From positions 1-45,201 of IMG/VR virus record IMGVR_UViG_3300037424_000369: a stretch of 45,201 bases of DNA. One strand, 5' to 3'. Made by a program: the position numbers and the translations under genes. Positions 9,553-19,510 of this stretch are shown here, one piece after another (the first letter of the stretch is position 1; each line of letters opens with the position of its first letter). The notes beneath the pieces are model-generated. The model was given only the letters and a program-made list of their open reading frames with translations. It did not search any database and had not been told where the DNA came from. This DNA is from a virus (taxonomy: Duplodnaviria > Caudoviricetes).

Positions 9553-10218
9553 CTAATCTATTGGGTAATCCGTATCGCTACCGGAACCATATTTAAGTGA
9601 GTTAATCTCGTTTACCCTGTTGGCCTGATAGCCATCACGACCCATTGAACTGCGCTTGTGGATAATGGGCTTGTCCTTGAGAACAGCATCATCAAGGAGA
9701 ACAATAAAGTCTGGAGTAAGCACACTCCCCCGTTCAATAAAATTCTTAGCCCCCCTCATAACAATGCCGTGCAGTTTGGCGGGAATGGTGGATATATCAC
9801 CATAGGTCATTTTCTTCAACGCCTTAATAGTAACCGTTTCACCGCTTGGTACGGGTGGCGTGAACTCAATGACTAACTTATCTTGGTCAGCATCATGCAG
9901 AGAATAGATGTACGAAGTATCTCCGGTACGGGCTACGTTGTTATATATCTCATTGACTTCATACGAAGACTTCGGGAATATAACCCTGTTGTTGGTACCG
10001 TATGTTACTTCAAGAATATTCTCGATGGCAGTGTCCATCTCTTTAGTTGCCGTACCATCGGCAGTAAAGGTGTACTGCGTTTTGCGGAAACTCCACTGCG
10101 CCCGATTCCACAAGACATCAGCCGATTCGCCTATAGCCGTAGGAAGTAACGACTCAAATCTTGGATGGAAATCGGGTATCAGTGCCCGCAAGTTCCTTTT
10201 CATTTCATCGGTTGTCAC
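9553..10218 (-). CDS. Head-tail adaptor-like protein
   Basis: 221 aa, AQWSFRK, IEFTPPVP, STIPAKLHGIVM motifs; position after capsid. Confidence 0.6.
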   Translation of the reverse strand: MTTDEMKRNLRALIPDFHPRFESLLPTAIGESADVLWNRAQWSFRKTQYTFTADGTATKEMDTAIENILEVTYGTNNRVIFPKSSYEVNEIYNNVARTGDTSYIYSLHDADQDKLVIEFTPPVPSGETVTIKALKKMTYGDISTIPAKLHGIVMRGAKNFIERGSVLTPDFIVLLDDAVLKDKPIIHKRSSMGRDGYQANRVNEINSLKYGSGSDTDYPID

Positions 10219-10535
10219 CAGCCGTTCTCCTTAGCTTTTTTACGTATTCGTTCTACGTGCGCCTTCTGTTCCCGGGTATTGAAGTTCGGTAATTGCCCTA
10301 CAGCTTCCGCAACCTGAGCACAGCGATACCAGTTCTCGTCCGCCGATTCGTTGGGATTGCCCTTGCGGATTACGGACATTACTAAGTCTCCGACTTTGAT
10401 TCCGCCAAGCACGCTAATTTTTTTAACTGCTGTTCCACCACAGGAGCATGGGAGGCTATCAATGAGGGCTGTGGGCCAGCAAAACTCCGTTTGTAGTTTT
10501 CCACATTGTCCGCACTTGAACTCGAAAATAGGCAT
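10215..10535 (-). CDS. FmdB-type zinc-ribbon protein
   Basis: MPIFEFKCGQCG...PCSCGG...KKIS matches the MPxYEYxCxxCG...CPxCG FmdB motif. Confidence 0.85.
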   Translation of the reverse strand: MPIFEFKCGQCGKLQTEFCWPTALIDSLPCSCGGTAVKKISVLGGIKVGDLVMSVIRKGNPNESADENWYRCAQVAEAVGQLPNFNTREQKAHVERIRKKAKENGW

Positions 10536-11242
10536 GACGTAATTCCCTTCTTCTCCTGTTCCAAATACGCTATATGGTCCTCAACACCATAAATACCACG
10601 CCCTACATGATAGACTCTGATAGTCGGGTCGTATAGAAACTTATAACCATATCTATTGATTCTTGCGCCGAAATAGAGGTCTGTGCCCTTTAGCACTCCA
10701 CGCTTATTGACGAACCCTGTGAAATACGGTGGCTCCATCTTCTCAATAACCTCACGCTTGATTAACATAAACGCCGTACCGATACAACTGTTCGGTATTT
10801 CAAACGGCTTATCGAGAGGATAACGACCCATCGAAATCTCAAACGAATCCAACATACCGGATTCATCCATAGCAAATTCAATCAACGTAACCCTAAACGG
10901 TGGCGACTTCAACGTAACCAACGCAGATACCACAGGCACGTTATAATTGACAAGCTTTTCTATTGCACTTGGCTCCCATACCATATCATCGTCTATCCAC
11001 ATCAGGTGCGAAAACTCTGGATGCTCCAGAAAATAATCCACACACTTGTTACGGGCAGTATCGACATAAGGAATCCCAACCGTTCCCCAACGGTTGATTC
11101 CTATCGGCTTGTCGGCATAATAAGCAACAGTATTATCCCAACTCACCATCGTCAAAGGCTCCATATATTTATGGATTGGCATCCCCACCATGATATTGGC
11201 CTTGACGAGTTTCTTTTTCTTGGCCCTCGCTTCCCGTCCCAT
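10382..11242 (-). CDS. GT-A fold glycosyltransferase (family 2-like)
   Basis: IMVGMP, ARNKCV, HLMWIDDDM (DxD), IGTAFMLIKREV, TDLYF, DPTIRVYH motifs. Confidence 0.85.
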   Translation of the reverse strand: MGREARAKKKKLVKANIMVGMPIHKYMEPLTMVSWDNTVAYYADKPIGINRWGTVGIPYVDTARNKCVDYFLEHPEFSHLMWIDDDMVWEPSAIEKLVNYNVPVVSALVTLKSPPFRVTLIEFAMDESGMLDSFEISMGRYPLDKPFEIPNSCIGTAFMLIKREVIEKMEPPYFTGFVNKRGVLKGTDLYFGARINRYGYKFLYDPTIRVYHVGRGIYGVEDHIAYLEQEKKGITSCLFSSSSADNVENYKRSFAGPQPSLIASHAPVVEQQLKKLACLAESKSET

Positions 11243-11249
11243 AATAATA

Positions 11250-11273
11250 GGGGCAGAGGCTATCCCCTGCCCC
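11250..11273 (-). terminator. GC-rich hairpin directly after the major capsid gene (probable attenuating terminator)
   Basis: GGGGCAG...CTGCCCC inverted repeat followed on the minus strand by TATTATT. Confidence 0.5.
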
Positions 11274-11285
11274 GTTAGAATCCTC

Positions 11286-12488
11286 CTAAACTACACCAGT
11301 TGCACCACTCATAAGGTTTATGCAGAAAGCCGCATTAAGCGACTTCGGGGCCGCATAGAATTTGTATCCTATGGTGCCCTTCTCATCATAAGGCTCGTTA
11401 GTGGACTGCGGGCCAGGTGTCTTAATTAAGATTTTATGCTCACGCATACCCTCAAGGCTCACATTCGCAAGAGCGTGTTGGCCCATGATAGGTGTGGAGA
11501 ACACAACACCGCCTGTCATATTCTTGACACCGGCAACGGATTCACGATACGGCATCGTAGCACGATAGAACTGAACGCCCCACAGTTTGCCAATCTCCCA
11601 TTTTTCGAGCATGGCCGCCTGTTGGTACTGGCCGATGTTTCTCCAAACGGTGTTGGCAAGCAAGTCGTACTCAACTTGCGGGGCGAGCGATGATTTAAAC
11701 CATCCGCCAGGGAAAGTATAAAACTTATTTTCCCTCGCCTTGGCAACAGCATATTCAATAGCCGTTCCGGTCATCTTGTTAACTGCGGCCAGACCAGTTC
11801 CAACCACTATACGATACGTAGTACCAGTCGTGAATATAGCTGGCGCGGCAGTAGTAAGGGTTACAAGGTCATTAGTAGCCGAGAAATCAGTTACCATCGA
11901 GCCATGTCGATAGTTCTTGGTGGACTTGTACGTGGTGGCGAAATGCGCTCCATCGTACAGGTTGTTCGCACCAGTAAGCGCAGCATCATACAGTACGGTT
12001 GTGCTGTTTGTGGCTGCCGACGCATCGACAGTGCCTTCATAGGAATAGGTAGAACTGTTGTCTAATTCGTCAACCCTGATTGGGATTGAACCCTTAGTAA
12101 ACAATTCCACAGCCAACGCTTCCTCAAGTGATTTGGCGGCGGCCTCACCGAAAAGCTCAGATAGACCCTGAAGGTTCTTATCCCTCGCGGTCAACTTGAT
12201 TATCTCGGTGAACGGTGCCCACTGCGCATACTTGGCGACAGTTGCGGTGATTGTCTGACCAGCAATCGTCACTTCGTTAGCGGTAGATGAGCCTTCGGTA
12301 ATCGCAGTAGCGTCACCGGCAAATGGGTAGTAGGCGAAATAATTCACCGTCTTGCCCCTCCAAAGAGGAACATTCTTCTTGTCTACCCAATTATCGAGAA
12401 CAAGATTCTCTTTGAACCTTTCGAGAAACACATTATCATAATATGTTGCGAGAAGTTCAGTATTAAGAGTAGTGGATACAGTAGCCAA
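11286..12488 (-). CDS. Major capsid protein (HK97 fold, N4-gp56-like) with ~100-aa insertion domain
   Basis: GKTVNYF, ITEG, ATVAKYAQW, EIGKLWGVQF, TNEPYDEKGTIGYK motifs; follows scaffold gene. Confidence 0.9.
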   Translation of the reverse strand: MATVSTTLNTELLATYYDNVFLERFKENLVLDNWVDKKNVPLWRGKTVNYFAYYPFAGDATAITEGSSTANEVTIAGQTITATVAKYAQWAPFTEIIKLTARDKNLQGLSELFGEAAAKSLEEALAVELFTKGSIPIRVDELDNSSTYSYEGTVDASAATNSTTVLYDAALTGANNLYDGAHFATTYKSTKNYRHGSMVTDFSATNDLVTLTTAAPAIFTTGTTYRIVVGTGLAAVNKMTGTAIEYAVAKARENKFYTFPGGWFKSSLAPQVEYDLLANTVWRNIGQYQQAAMLEKWEIGKLWGVQFYRATMPYRESVAGVKNMTGGVVFSTPIMGQHALANVSLEGMREHKILIKTPGPQSTNEPYDEKGTIGYKFYAAPKSLNAAFCINLMSGATGVV

Positions 12489-12507
12489 TTAAACTCCCTA
12501 TATGGGA

Positions 12508-13233
12508 TTAGCCGCCAGAATACTTATCCTCTGGATTCCAACCAATCCCTGCTTCATCGAGAGCCTTCTGGGACTCAGCGATGGACATTCCCGATTTAAG
12601 TGTCGGGGGAGCAGAGCGTTTAGGTTGAGTGGCAGGCTCAACATAGGCACCAGTCTTTTTAGACTCTTGGATTGCGGCCCTATTATCCGCAACAATCTTT
12701 TGGGCCTCTACTGCCTTGCCCGATGCATCTTCGTCTTTAGCAAGTAAATAGACAGCGTGGATTGCATTGGGTATAGAAAGTATATTGGGTTGGCTTTCAA
12801 TCATTGCATCAATCGTTGCACGATAAGGTTTAGCCTCTGGATGCTCGTTGAAATATTCCCCCAAAACTACTTTCTTTGCAATCGGACCCATAAGTTTCAT
12901 TGCGGCATCATTAATTACCGCATCAGGGTCTTGTATAAATTGTTCGAGTCTTTTGTCCCTTGCCACAGCCGGGTCAACCGGAGGTGGTTGGGGAATCTGT
13001 TGCCGGAGCCTTAGATTCTCATTTTCAAGTCTCTGCTTTTCCGACATGAACTTCCGAGTCTCATCCCACATATCATCAGGCGATTTGTATTTAGCTTTCC
13101 AGGCGGGTTCCGGCTGTGAAGCTATCGGCTGTTCTGCGGGCTGTTCGGTAGACAACTTCTCTTGTGACGGCAACTCCTGATTGGCGATTAACTCGGCATC
13201 GGGGTCGGCGTTTTGGATGTCGTCATCTATCAT
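12508..13233 (-). CDS. Capsid scaffolding protein
   Basis: Acidic/proline-rich N-terminus, KYKSPDDM motif, coiled coil; immediately upstream of MCP. Confidence 0.75.
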   Translation of the reverse strand: MIDDDIQNADPDAELIANQELPSQEKLSTEQPAEQPIASQPEPAWKAKYKSPDDMWDETRKFMSEKQRLENENLRLRQQIPQPPPVDPAVARDKRLEQFIQDPDAVINDAAMKLMGPIAKKVVLGEYFNEHPEAKPYRATIDAMIESQPNILSIPNAIHAVYLLAKDEDASGKAVEAQKIVADNRAAIQESKKTGAYVEPATQPKRSAPPTLKSGMSIAESQKALDEAGIGWNPEDKYSGG

Positions 13234-13235
13234 AA

Positions 13236-13559
13236 TTACTCCTTAAGTGTGCTGGCGAGCTTTAGCGTTTTCGCTGCAACCTCGGCGGCGTGTTTATAAG
13301 ATTGGATTCTGGCGAGGAGAAAACCTACTCCTCGGCAATATCCTTGATTGTCGGCTAATTTATCAGGAGATACCCCCATGATAGAATCAGCCTTGCGAAA
13401 TTCATCTTCAATGTCTGCCTTTATAAGCCGCCATCCCTCGGTGTCCAGTATCTTCTTTACTTCGCTCCAACGGTCAATGGCGTGTTCGGCAATCCGAACC
13501 TGTTCGTCTGTTATCTGTGGCTTACGAGGCCACTTCCAACTCTTGAATATCTCGTTCAT
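13236..13559 (-). CDS. Small head-module protein (portal-to-scaffold conserved ORF)
   Basis: 107 aa, ILDTEGWRLIK motif; position upstream of scaffold. Confidence 0.55.
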   Translation of the reverse strand: MNEIFKSWKWPRKPQITDEQVRIAEHAIDRWSEVKKILDTEGWRLIKADIEDEFRKADSIMGVSPDKLADNQGYCRGVGFLLARIQSYKHAAEVAAKTLKLASTLKE

Positions 13560-14062
13560 TTGAACACTCCAAATATTCTCGAATCTCCCGTTGGAAACAA
13601 ATACGGCACCTTGTTAATAATTCGGCCTATGTCTGTCACCATATCAAGAACCTCGATATGTTGAACATCGTCAATAATCCAAGTCACCCTCGGATTGAAC
13701 AAGTCCAGATTCTTAACGAACCCCTGACGACCCTGACTCTTAATATTAACCATCTTGGCTAACTCGTCAGGAATCCTTACAGGCCCGTCTACTATCAGCA
13801 TATCGTAGTCTTTAGGGAGATTCTTGCGGAGAATATCAACATCATACCACCCGTTCTTAACGGGGCAATGGATATATGTTGATGGATACAAATTAATAAA
13901 CTTCTCGTTTTCCTCTACAGAAATCATGGTGTAGTCCTTAGCCAATTCTCCGGTTGACCAACCACTACCCAATTCCAATATCGTAGACCCCTTCGGCAAG
14001 ACGTTCCTTATGAATTTAAGAACGTGCTCCGACATCGACCACAGCTTCTCCTCATCGGTCAT
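13556..14062 (-). CDS. Class I SAM-dependent methyltransferase-like protein
   Basis: TILELGSGWST (motif I), ISVEE, YDMLIVDGP, IIDD. Confidence 0.8.
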   Translation of the reverse strand: MTDEEKLWSMSEHVLKFIRNVLPKGSTILELGSGWSTGELAKDYTMISVEENEKFINLYPSTYIHCPVKNGWYDVDILRKNLPKDYDMLIVDGPVRIPDELAKMVNIKSQGRQGFVKNLDLFNPRVTWIIDDVQHIEVLDMVTDIGRIINKVPYLFPTGDSRIFGVFK

Positions 14063-15006
14063 TCTATTTCCCTTCTCAGCCTATCCCCAACGCTATCCCA
14101 AGAATAATTATCATATATATGTTTTCTCACACCACAAGATATCTCTTGGATTCTGTCTTTGCCCAAGTTCTTGACCATACTGATTGTGTCTAAAAAATGG
14201 TCCATGCTTATCTCGTGTTCAGAACCATCCTTATAATCATTGTCTATCGGGATGTTTGTATTGTTAATAAGTAATTCCTTGAATGGAATCGGCTCTGATG
14301 CAGGCATGAAATCTGTTGTTATAACCGGCAACCCACACGCCATCGCCTCATAGATTGGCAAGCCTAAGCCCTCTTTACGAGATGGCGCAAGATAAACATC
14401 ACCCATAGAATAAAGCTCATACGGGTTATCAACATCCTTGGCATATTGAGAACGGAGTAAAAGATTGAAGGAGTTCCTATTTATTATCGACTGCCAGTAT
14501 GCAGAAACTACAAGGTCCGTTCCCTTTCTGAATTTATTGCCAAGCTTTCCGGCATTGTGTAGAAAGACAATATTGTCAGACCCCCTCTGGGTAAACTTAA
14601 ACTTCTCGGTGTCTACGGGAAAAGGGCAATAAACAGACGGCAGGTTATATGATTGGGCTATTTCGTATGCCCACCTTGTCAAGCATACGAACTTGTCGAT
14701 ACTAATATTGTGTTCGTCCTTGATTCTTTTTATGCGCCCTAATCCCACAGAATCGTTCATCGGAATAAAGACTATGGGAATGGACAATTCATTCAGTAGC
14801 GATAAGAAATTCCAATTCAGCGGTGTTTCGATTAATAGTATTTTATCCGGTCTTTCTTTGGATAGGTATCTTTCAAAATCTTCTACTGTTGGTTTCGATT
14901 CCCAGTTTATCGTGAAAATACTGTGCATTGGTAGATGATTAATGAAAGACTTGGATAGTTGACCTAATCCGCTATTGCCACTAAAACCTATAAAACCAAT
15001 CCTCAT
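14059..15006 (-). CDS. GT-B fold glycosyltransferase (family 4-like)
   Basis: PVDTEKF, FRKGTD, DVYLAPSRKEGLGLPIYEAMACGLPVITTD (E-x7-E), YSW. Confidence 0.9.
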   Translation of the reverse strand: MRIGFIGFSGNSGLGQLSKSFINHLPMHSIFTINWESKPTVEDFERYLSKERPDKILLIETPLNWNFLSLLNELSIPIVFIPMNDSVGLGRIKRIKDEHNISIDKFVCLTRWAYEIAQSYNLPSVYCPFPVDTEKFKFTQRGSDNIVFLHNAGKLGNKFRKGTDLVVSAYWQSIINRNSFNLLLRSQYAKDVDNPYELYSMGDVYLAPSRKEGLGLPIYEAMACGLPVITTDFMPASEPIPFKELLINNTNIPIDNDYKDGSEHEISMDHFLDTISMVKNLGKDRIQEISCGVRKHIYDNYSWDSVGDRLRREIE

Positions 15007-16805
15007 CCACGAACCTGTGTCACGCTTCCATGCTGTGGTGTCGTTTTCTTCCCCATGCTTTGTGATACATTACCCTGACCACTCGCAAGTTTCTGCGGAT
15101 TCGCCATGCCCGGAGGTCCACCACCCTCGGCCCCCATCATCGCACCCTGCATACCAGTCTGCAACATCATCATCATCGCCATTTGCTTTCCGGCCTCTAT
15201 CATCTTCATCAATTCGTCATTCTCGTGCATCCCGTATTTCTCAAGTATCTTGTAGAATATAATCGGGATAGTGCCCCATAGCGAAGGATTGCTCTGTGCT
15301 ATCGTCAACGCCTGAGTCAACTGTTGCACCGCAACCATGTTGTTGAGTTCTCTGTCCTCTGACTCCCAGATGAAATCTACGTTGGCACCAAACATTTCAG
15401 GCGTAACACGAACCATCTCATACGGGTCGGCAGAAGAAGATGTAACACGCACAACATTCTCGGCAGTTGAATATTTGCCATTTAACTGATGCACCATTTC
15501 GGCAACGGGACCAATGAACGTATCACCAAAAACATTGATATGCAAACCAATGCGCTTGGCGGCTTCATTGGTAAGTAACGATGCTTCGGTAGCCGTTCTG
15601 TTTTGATTGGATTGCCCTGTCATATAATCATTCACGCCAGTAACACGCTTGGAAATATCGGACATCAAAGCAAAGAAGTTAAACAGGCTCGGTGCAACAT
15701 CGGAACCCTTCAACGGGAATATCGCATCCTGCGGATTGCCTCTTGTATGGAAGAACTTGCCAGGACTCGACACCAACTCGGTATCCTCAATCTTGTCCTC
15801 GTCAACGCCAAACATCTGATTGACAGAGAAGTTCAAATTGTCCATACCGTTATTGAGCAAATCTTCCATTACCTTCGCAGACTGTGCTCCGGCTTCAATA
15901 AGAGATATACCCCAAGGCTCATTGGGAACAGATATAATCTTTCCCAATACGTACATCTTTTTGCGGTTCTTATTTGGCTTATCTTGCAGAAGATGTTTGC
16001 CGTTACCAATGGTTATGATTCTGTCGTCTTCGCAATACTCAATAATATCAAAGGGTTTCATTAAGTTTCCCTTATTGGGAGTGTGCCCTTCAATACTTGA
16101 AATTGCCTCTTTGTTTTGGTTTGTTTCCCGACCGCTACCATCCCTGACCTCTTGTATCATTTCGTTTACGTTCTTATAAATGCCAAGTTTAGCCATTCTT
16201 ATGATATAATCTTCGTCCCTACGTACCTTATGGGAACACCACTCGGCCTCATCTACGGTCAACGCATCAGGGTCCATGCTGAAATCAAACGGGTCAACAT
16301 AGTCCATACAAACATTATCATAGATTGTAACAGTCTGTTCCTGTGGGATAGACCCCATCTCTGGGTACTGTGGGAAAATCGGCGTTGGTATATCACGCTT
16401 ACCCTCTTGGTATTTCCAGTATATCTTACCAACACAAGTTCCGAATATCAACACAGCGGAAATCTGGTCACGAATAAATTGCTTGTACTTCGCTATATCG
16501 TACTGATAGTTCTGCCACGCCTGAATACCCTTGGCCGCATAATCGTCACTTGCCTCTCGACCCCTGACCCTCACGTATGGCTTCTTTCCACAAAAGACAT
16601 CGAATAGCCGAGACTTGACAACCTCGACCCATTCAAACGCCACAGGCAACGAGACTGCGGAACGACCAGATGCCACCATATCGTCACGATAGCCCCTATA
16701 CATTTTGTAGTATTGGAGCCATTCATCTCTTTTCGTGGAGATGTCCTTGTCGGCCTGTTCAATCTTGCCGATAATATCAGTAACAAGTTTTTCGTTATCA
16801 GCCAT
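15003..16805 (-). CDS. Portal protein (P22/podovirus-like)
   Basis: 600 aa directly after terL; YKMYRG, IFGTCVGKIYW, DPFDFSMDP, TGV...G...RTATEA motifs. Confidence 0.9.
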   Translation of the reverse strand: MADNEKLVTDIIGKIEQADKDISTKRDEWLQYYKMYRGYRDDMVASGRSAVSLPVAFEWVEVVKSRLFDVFCGKKPYVRVRGREASDDYAAKGIQAWQNYQYDIAKYKQFIRDQISAVLIFGTCVGKIYWKYQEGKRDIPTPIFPQYPEMGSIPQEQTVTIYDNVCMDYVDPFDFSMDPDALTVDEAEWCSHKVRRDEDYIIRMAKLGIYKNVNEMIQEVRDGSGRETNQNKEAISSIEGHTPNKGNLMKPFDIIEYCEDDRIITIGNGKHLLQDKPNKNRKKMYVLGKIISVPNEPWGISLIEAGAQSAKVMEDLLNNGMDNLNFSVNQMFGVDEDKIEDTELVSSPGKFFHTRGNPQDAIFPLKGSDVAPSLFNFFALMSDISKRVTGVNDYMTGQSNQNRTATEASLLTNEAAKRIGLHINVFGDTFIGPVAEMVHQLNGKYSTAENVVRVTSSSADPYEMVRVTPEMFGANVDFIWESEDRELNNMVAVQQLTQALTIAQSNPSLWGTIPIIFYKILEKYGMHENDELMKMIEAGKQMAMMMMLQTGMQGAMMGAEGGGPPGMANPQKLASGQGNVSQSMGKKTTPQHGSVTQVRG

Positions 16806-18201
16806 TGATTATTCCTTGCAATCTTCCTGTGAGCTTGTCGTATTGATACTTCGGCGCAGGTCGATTACTTGTCGGCCTGATACCCGAGTTAATGATGTAT
16901 CTTAAACAGTCCATAAAATCGTCGTCACGCTTGTGGATTCTTTCGCTGTATGATTTGCTTTTGTCGCTTTGCACATCAGAGAACATATAGTGCCTAAACT
17001 CATCAATTATTCCTATACAATCCCTGAAAACATATAACTCTGGAGGTATAGAATCCAACAGTTTACGAACCTCGTAAATCCCCGATTCCACCTTCTTGTT
17101 TGCGGGTATCAACGGAAACCCTTCATCTGCGAAAACATCAAACGGATTCTGGCCCGTTATATTGTCCTTCATATTCAACGCAGGGTCGCCTATACGTGCG
17201 TACAGTTTATCAGGCCCGTTAGCTACCAATACACGAGTTACTATATCTGGAATAATTCCACCACTACGTAATTCTCTGTAGACAACCCACGAACCTCTTG
17301 GGATTTTATAATAATCATAATCAGCCAATGCCGCCCAGACTACGGAAGTATTCTTGGCAAGATGTGGGTCAACGGCCACAACCTTCTTCCAATCTTTAGG
17401 AATATCGAAAGGCTCAATCACGTGGCGCGATTCTTTGAATTGCGGATAAATCAGGCCGTGAAGCTGTACGAACAATCCCTGCTTGCGGATTTTCTTTTCT
17501 TCTTCCGTCAGTCCGGCCAGAACTAAATCTTTATCAACTTGCTTTAGATACGGATTCAGGTCCATATCCATCAGGAAACACTCTATGCCGTTAGTACCGT
17601 TCTTTTCCCATATCTCCTTGTAAACCCAAGTCAAGCCTTTAAGCGGAGTCATCGCCATAATGATAGAACCACCCCTGTCTATGGTCCTGACAAGGCATCC
17701 TTTGTAGATTTCTTCTCTGGCTTCTTCGTCAAGGTAGACAAGGTCAACGTCCATACCTTCAAACTTCTCATCATCCATTTCATAGTTCTTGAAATTGATA
17801 ATGTTTCCGTTTTTCAACTGCCAGAAGTCCACAAAACCACGCTGAATCTTCTGTTCCTTGGTAATAAACCCCTTGGGCATCCATTTCTTGAGCTTGGGAA
17901 CGATAATATCACGAGTATACTCGTTTGATTCGGACGCAACCCAGATAATACTGCCCGCATTTCTGCGAACTGGTCGCTGGCGGTACTTCTGACTGCCAGT
18001 AGCCCACATTATGACCTCGGCACACGCCGCTTCGGTCTTTCCTGACCTGTTGCCGCCAAATAAACTTCTGATTTTAGCGGTAGATTGGTGAAATGGTAAC
18101 TGTCCCGTATGAGGTTGATACCATTTCACACCCTCTGCCCGCATTTGCTCGGCTAATCTATCGCCAAGATTGGATACTTTTACAATTATCGGTTCGGTCA
18201 T
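16798..18201 (-). CDS. terL: Terminase large subunit
   Basis: Walker A GGNRSGKT, Walker B LVYLDEE, motif III AMTP, nuclease VAVDP and DDDFMDCLRY. Confidence 0.95.
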   Translation of the reverse strand: MTEPIIVKVSNLGDRLAEQMRAEGVKWYQPHTGQLPFHQSTAKIRSLFGGNRSGKTEAACAEVIMWATGSQKYRQRPVRRNAGSIIWVASESNEYTRDIIVPKLKKWMPKGFITKEQKIQRGFVDFWQLKNGNIINFKNYEMDDEKFEGMDVDLVYLDEEAREEIYKGCLVRTIDRGGSIIMAMTPLKGLTWVYKEIWEKNGTNGIECFLMDMDLNPYLKQVDKDLVLAGLTEEEKKIRKQGLFVQLHGLIYPQFKESRHVIEPFDIPKDWKKVVAVDPHLAKNTSVVWAALADYDYYKIPRGSWVVYRELRSGGIIPDIVTRVLVANGPDKLYARIGDPALNMKDNITGQNPFDVFADEGFPLIPANKKVESGIYEVRKLLDSIPPELYVFRDCIGIIDEFRHYMFSDVQSDKSKSYSERIHKRDDDFMDCLRYIINSGIRPTSNRPAPKYQYDKLTGRLQGIING

Positions 18202-19430
18202 TTACCCTTGGTTCCGATAATCCGAATGTCCAATACACGAGTATCAATCGTACTGTCAATCCAAGCCGACAAAGTATCGGTACAGTCAGCCTCGTACTGC
18301 AAGTATCCGCCGTAATCACGAGACTTCATTTCAACGGTATCGCCGATTGCACCAACGTGCGCTGTTCTAAGCCAAAAATCAGTCCATGCCGTAGTATCAA
18401 CATCCCGATGAAATAAACTATCCATCCGAACCATGATGCCAGACCTATCTGTATTTAGGTACAAACTAATCGAATCAGCAGTCTGGTTGTTATCCCAACC
18501 AAGCAACTTGTACTGTACCCTTAATGCCGTATATCCCGAAATAGGAATCTTATCAGTCTTGAAATTATCTCCGGTCTTGGTAAACGACCAGCAATAATGC
18601 CATACATCATCGCCCAGATAACCCGTCCGATCATTTATGGCATAGTATGAAGGCTTGTATCCCAATAACGCAGGAGCCGTGTAGGTCAACGTATTTGACG
18701 TATCGCATACATTCTGCGTATTCGCCAGATGATAACCCAACACACGAATATAATATTGTTGACCAGGTTCGAAATTAATCGCAGTTCCGGTAGACGCAAT
18801 CCTCAACGGTGAGAACATCATCAAGGTATCAGGCGAACCCAATCCCGCAGAGTCTCTACCAACAGCACAGTTATTCGCCCAAACCGCCCTCACGGGAGCC
18901 AATGCCCACGAGTCCGAATTGCGCTTCTTGTACTGTAATGCTATCTTGAGAAGTGTGGAATCAGCCGTGTACCACGTATTCTGTATTCTCAGATTATACC
19001 GTAAACTATCCACAGCCACACTGTCCGTAGTCGCTGTAATCACCTGATTAATCGCAATAGTCGTACACGCCACAGGAGTCGTAGAAGCAGTTGTCAACGT
19101 AGTCCCCGTAGCTCCCGTTCTCGTGGTATAGTTGAACCGCCAGTAATACGAGGTCCCATTATATAATCCCGTAATAACTGTCGTGTCGCCTTGAGCATAG
19201 GCCGCTGGAATAGTCGGAGTATTCGCACTCCTTGTCACGGTCGTACTACCAGCCACCCAATAATCAAGTGTCCACGTTTTCAACGTATCGGGGGTCGCTA
19301 TCCCAACCAATCTCACAGTCAAGCTTCTGCTCGTGCTGTCTATGCACGCAGTCGTTACAGCAGAATTGGCCGTTTCTACCATGCTAACCATAGCAAAAAC
19401 AACCAAAATAGAAAACAAGAATTTCTTCAT
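18198..19430 (-). CDS. Secreted (Sec signal) Thr-rich beta protein, FN3-like domains plus C-terminal jelly-roll-like domain; coupled to terL
   Basis: MKKFLFSILVVFAMVSMVETANS-A signal peptide; ITGLYNGTSYYWR and FEPGQQYYIRV are FN3-type strands; stop overlaps terL ATG (ATGA at 18198-18201). Confidence 0.75.
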   Translation of the reverse strand: MKKFLFSILVVFAMVSMVETANSAVTTACIDSTSRSLTVRLVGIATPDTLKTWTLDYWVAGSTTVTRSANTPTIPAAYAQGDTTVITGLYNGTSYYWRFNYTTRTGATGTTLTTASTTPVACTTIAINQVITATTDSVAVDSLRYNLRIQNTWYTADSTLLKIALQYKKRNSDSWALAPVRAVWANNCAVGRDSAGLGSPDTLMMFSPLRIASTGTAINFEPGQQYYIRVLGYHLANTQNVCDTSNTLTYTAPALLGYKPSYYAINDRTGYLGDDVWHYCWSFTKTGDNFKTDKIPISGYTALRVQYKLLGWDNNQTADSISLYLNTDRSGIMVRMDSLFHRDVDTTAWTDFWLRTAHVGAIGDTVEMKSRDYGGYLQYEADCTDTLSAWIDSTIDTRVLDIRIIGTKGK

Positions 19431-19510
19431 CTTTCGGCCCCCTTCGGGATTACCTTCCGTTATGCGGTTGTAAAAAAGATTATTGTCTATTATAAAAGCG
19501 TATCGTCATT

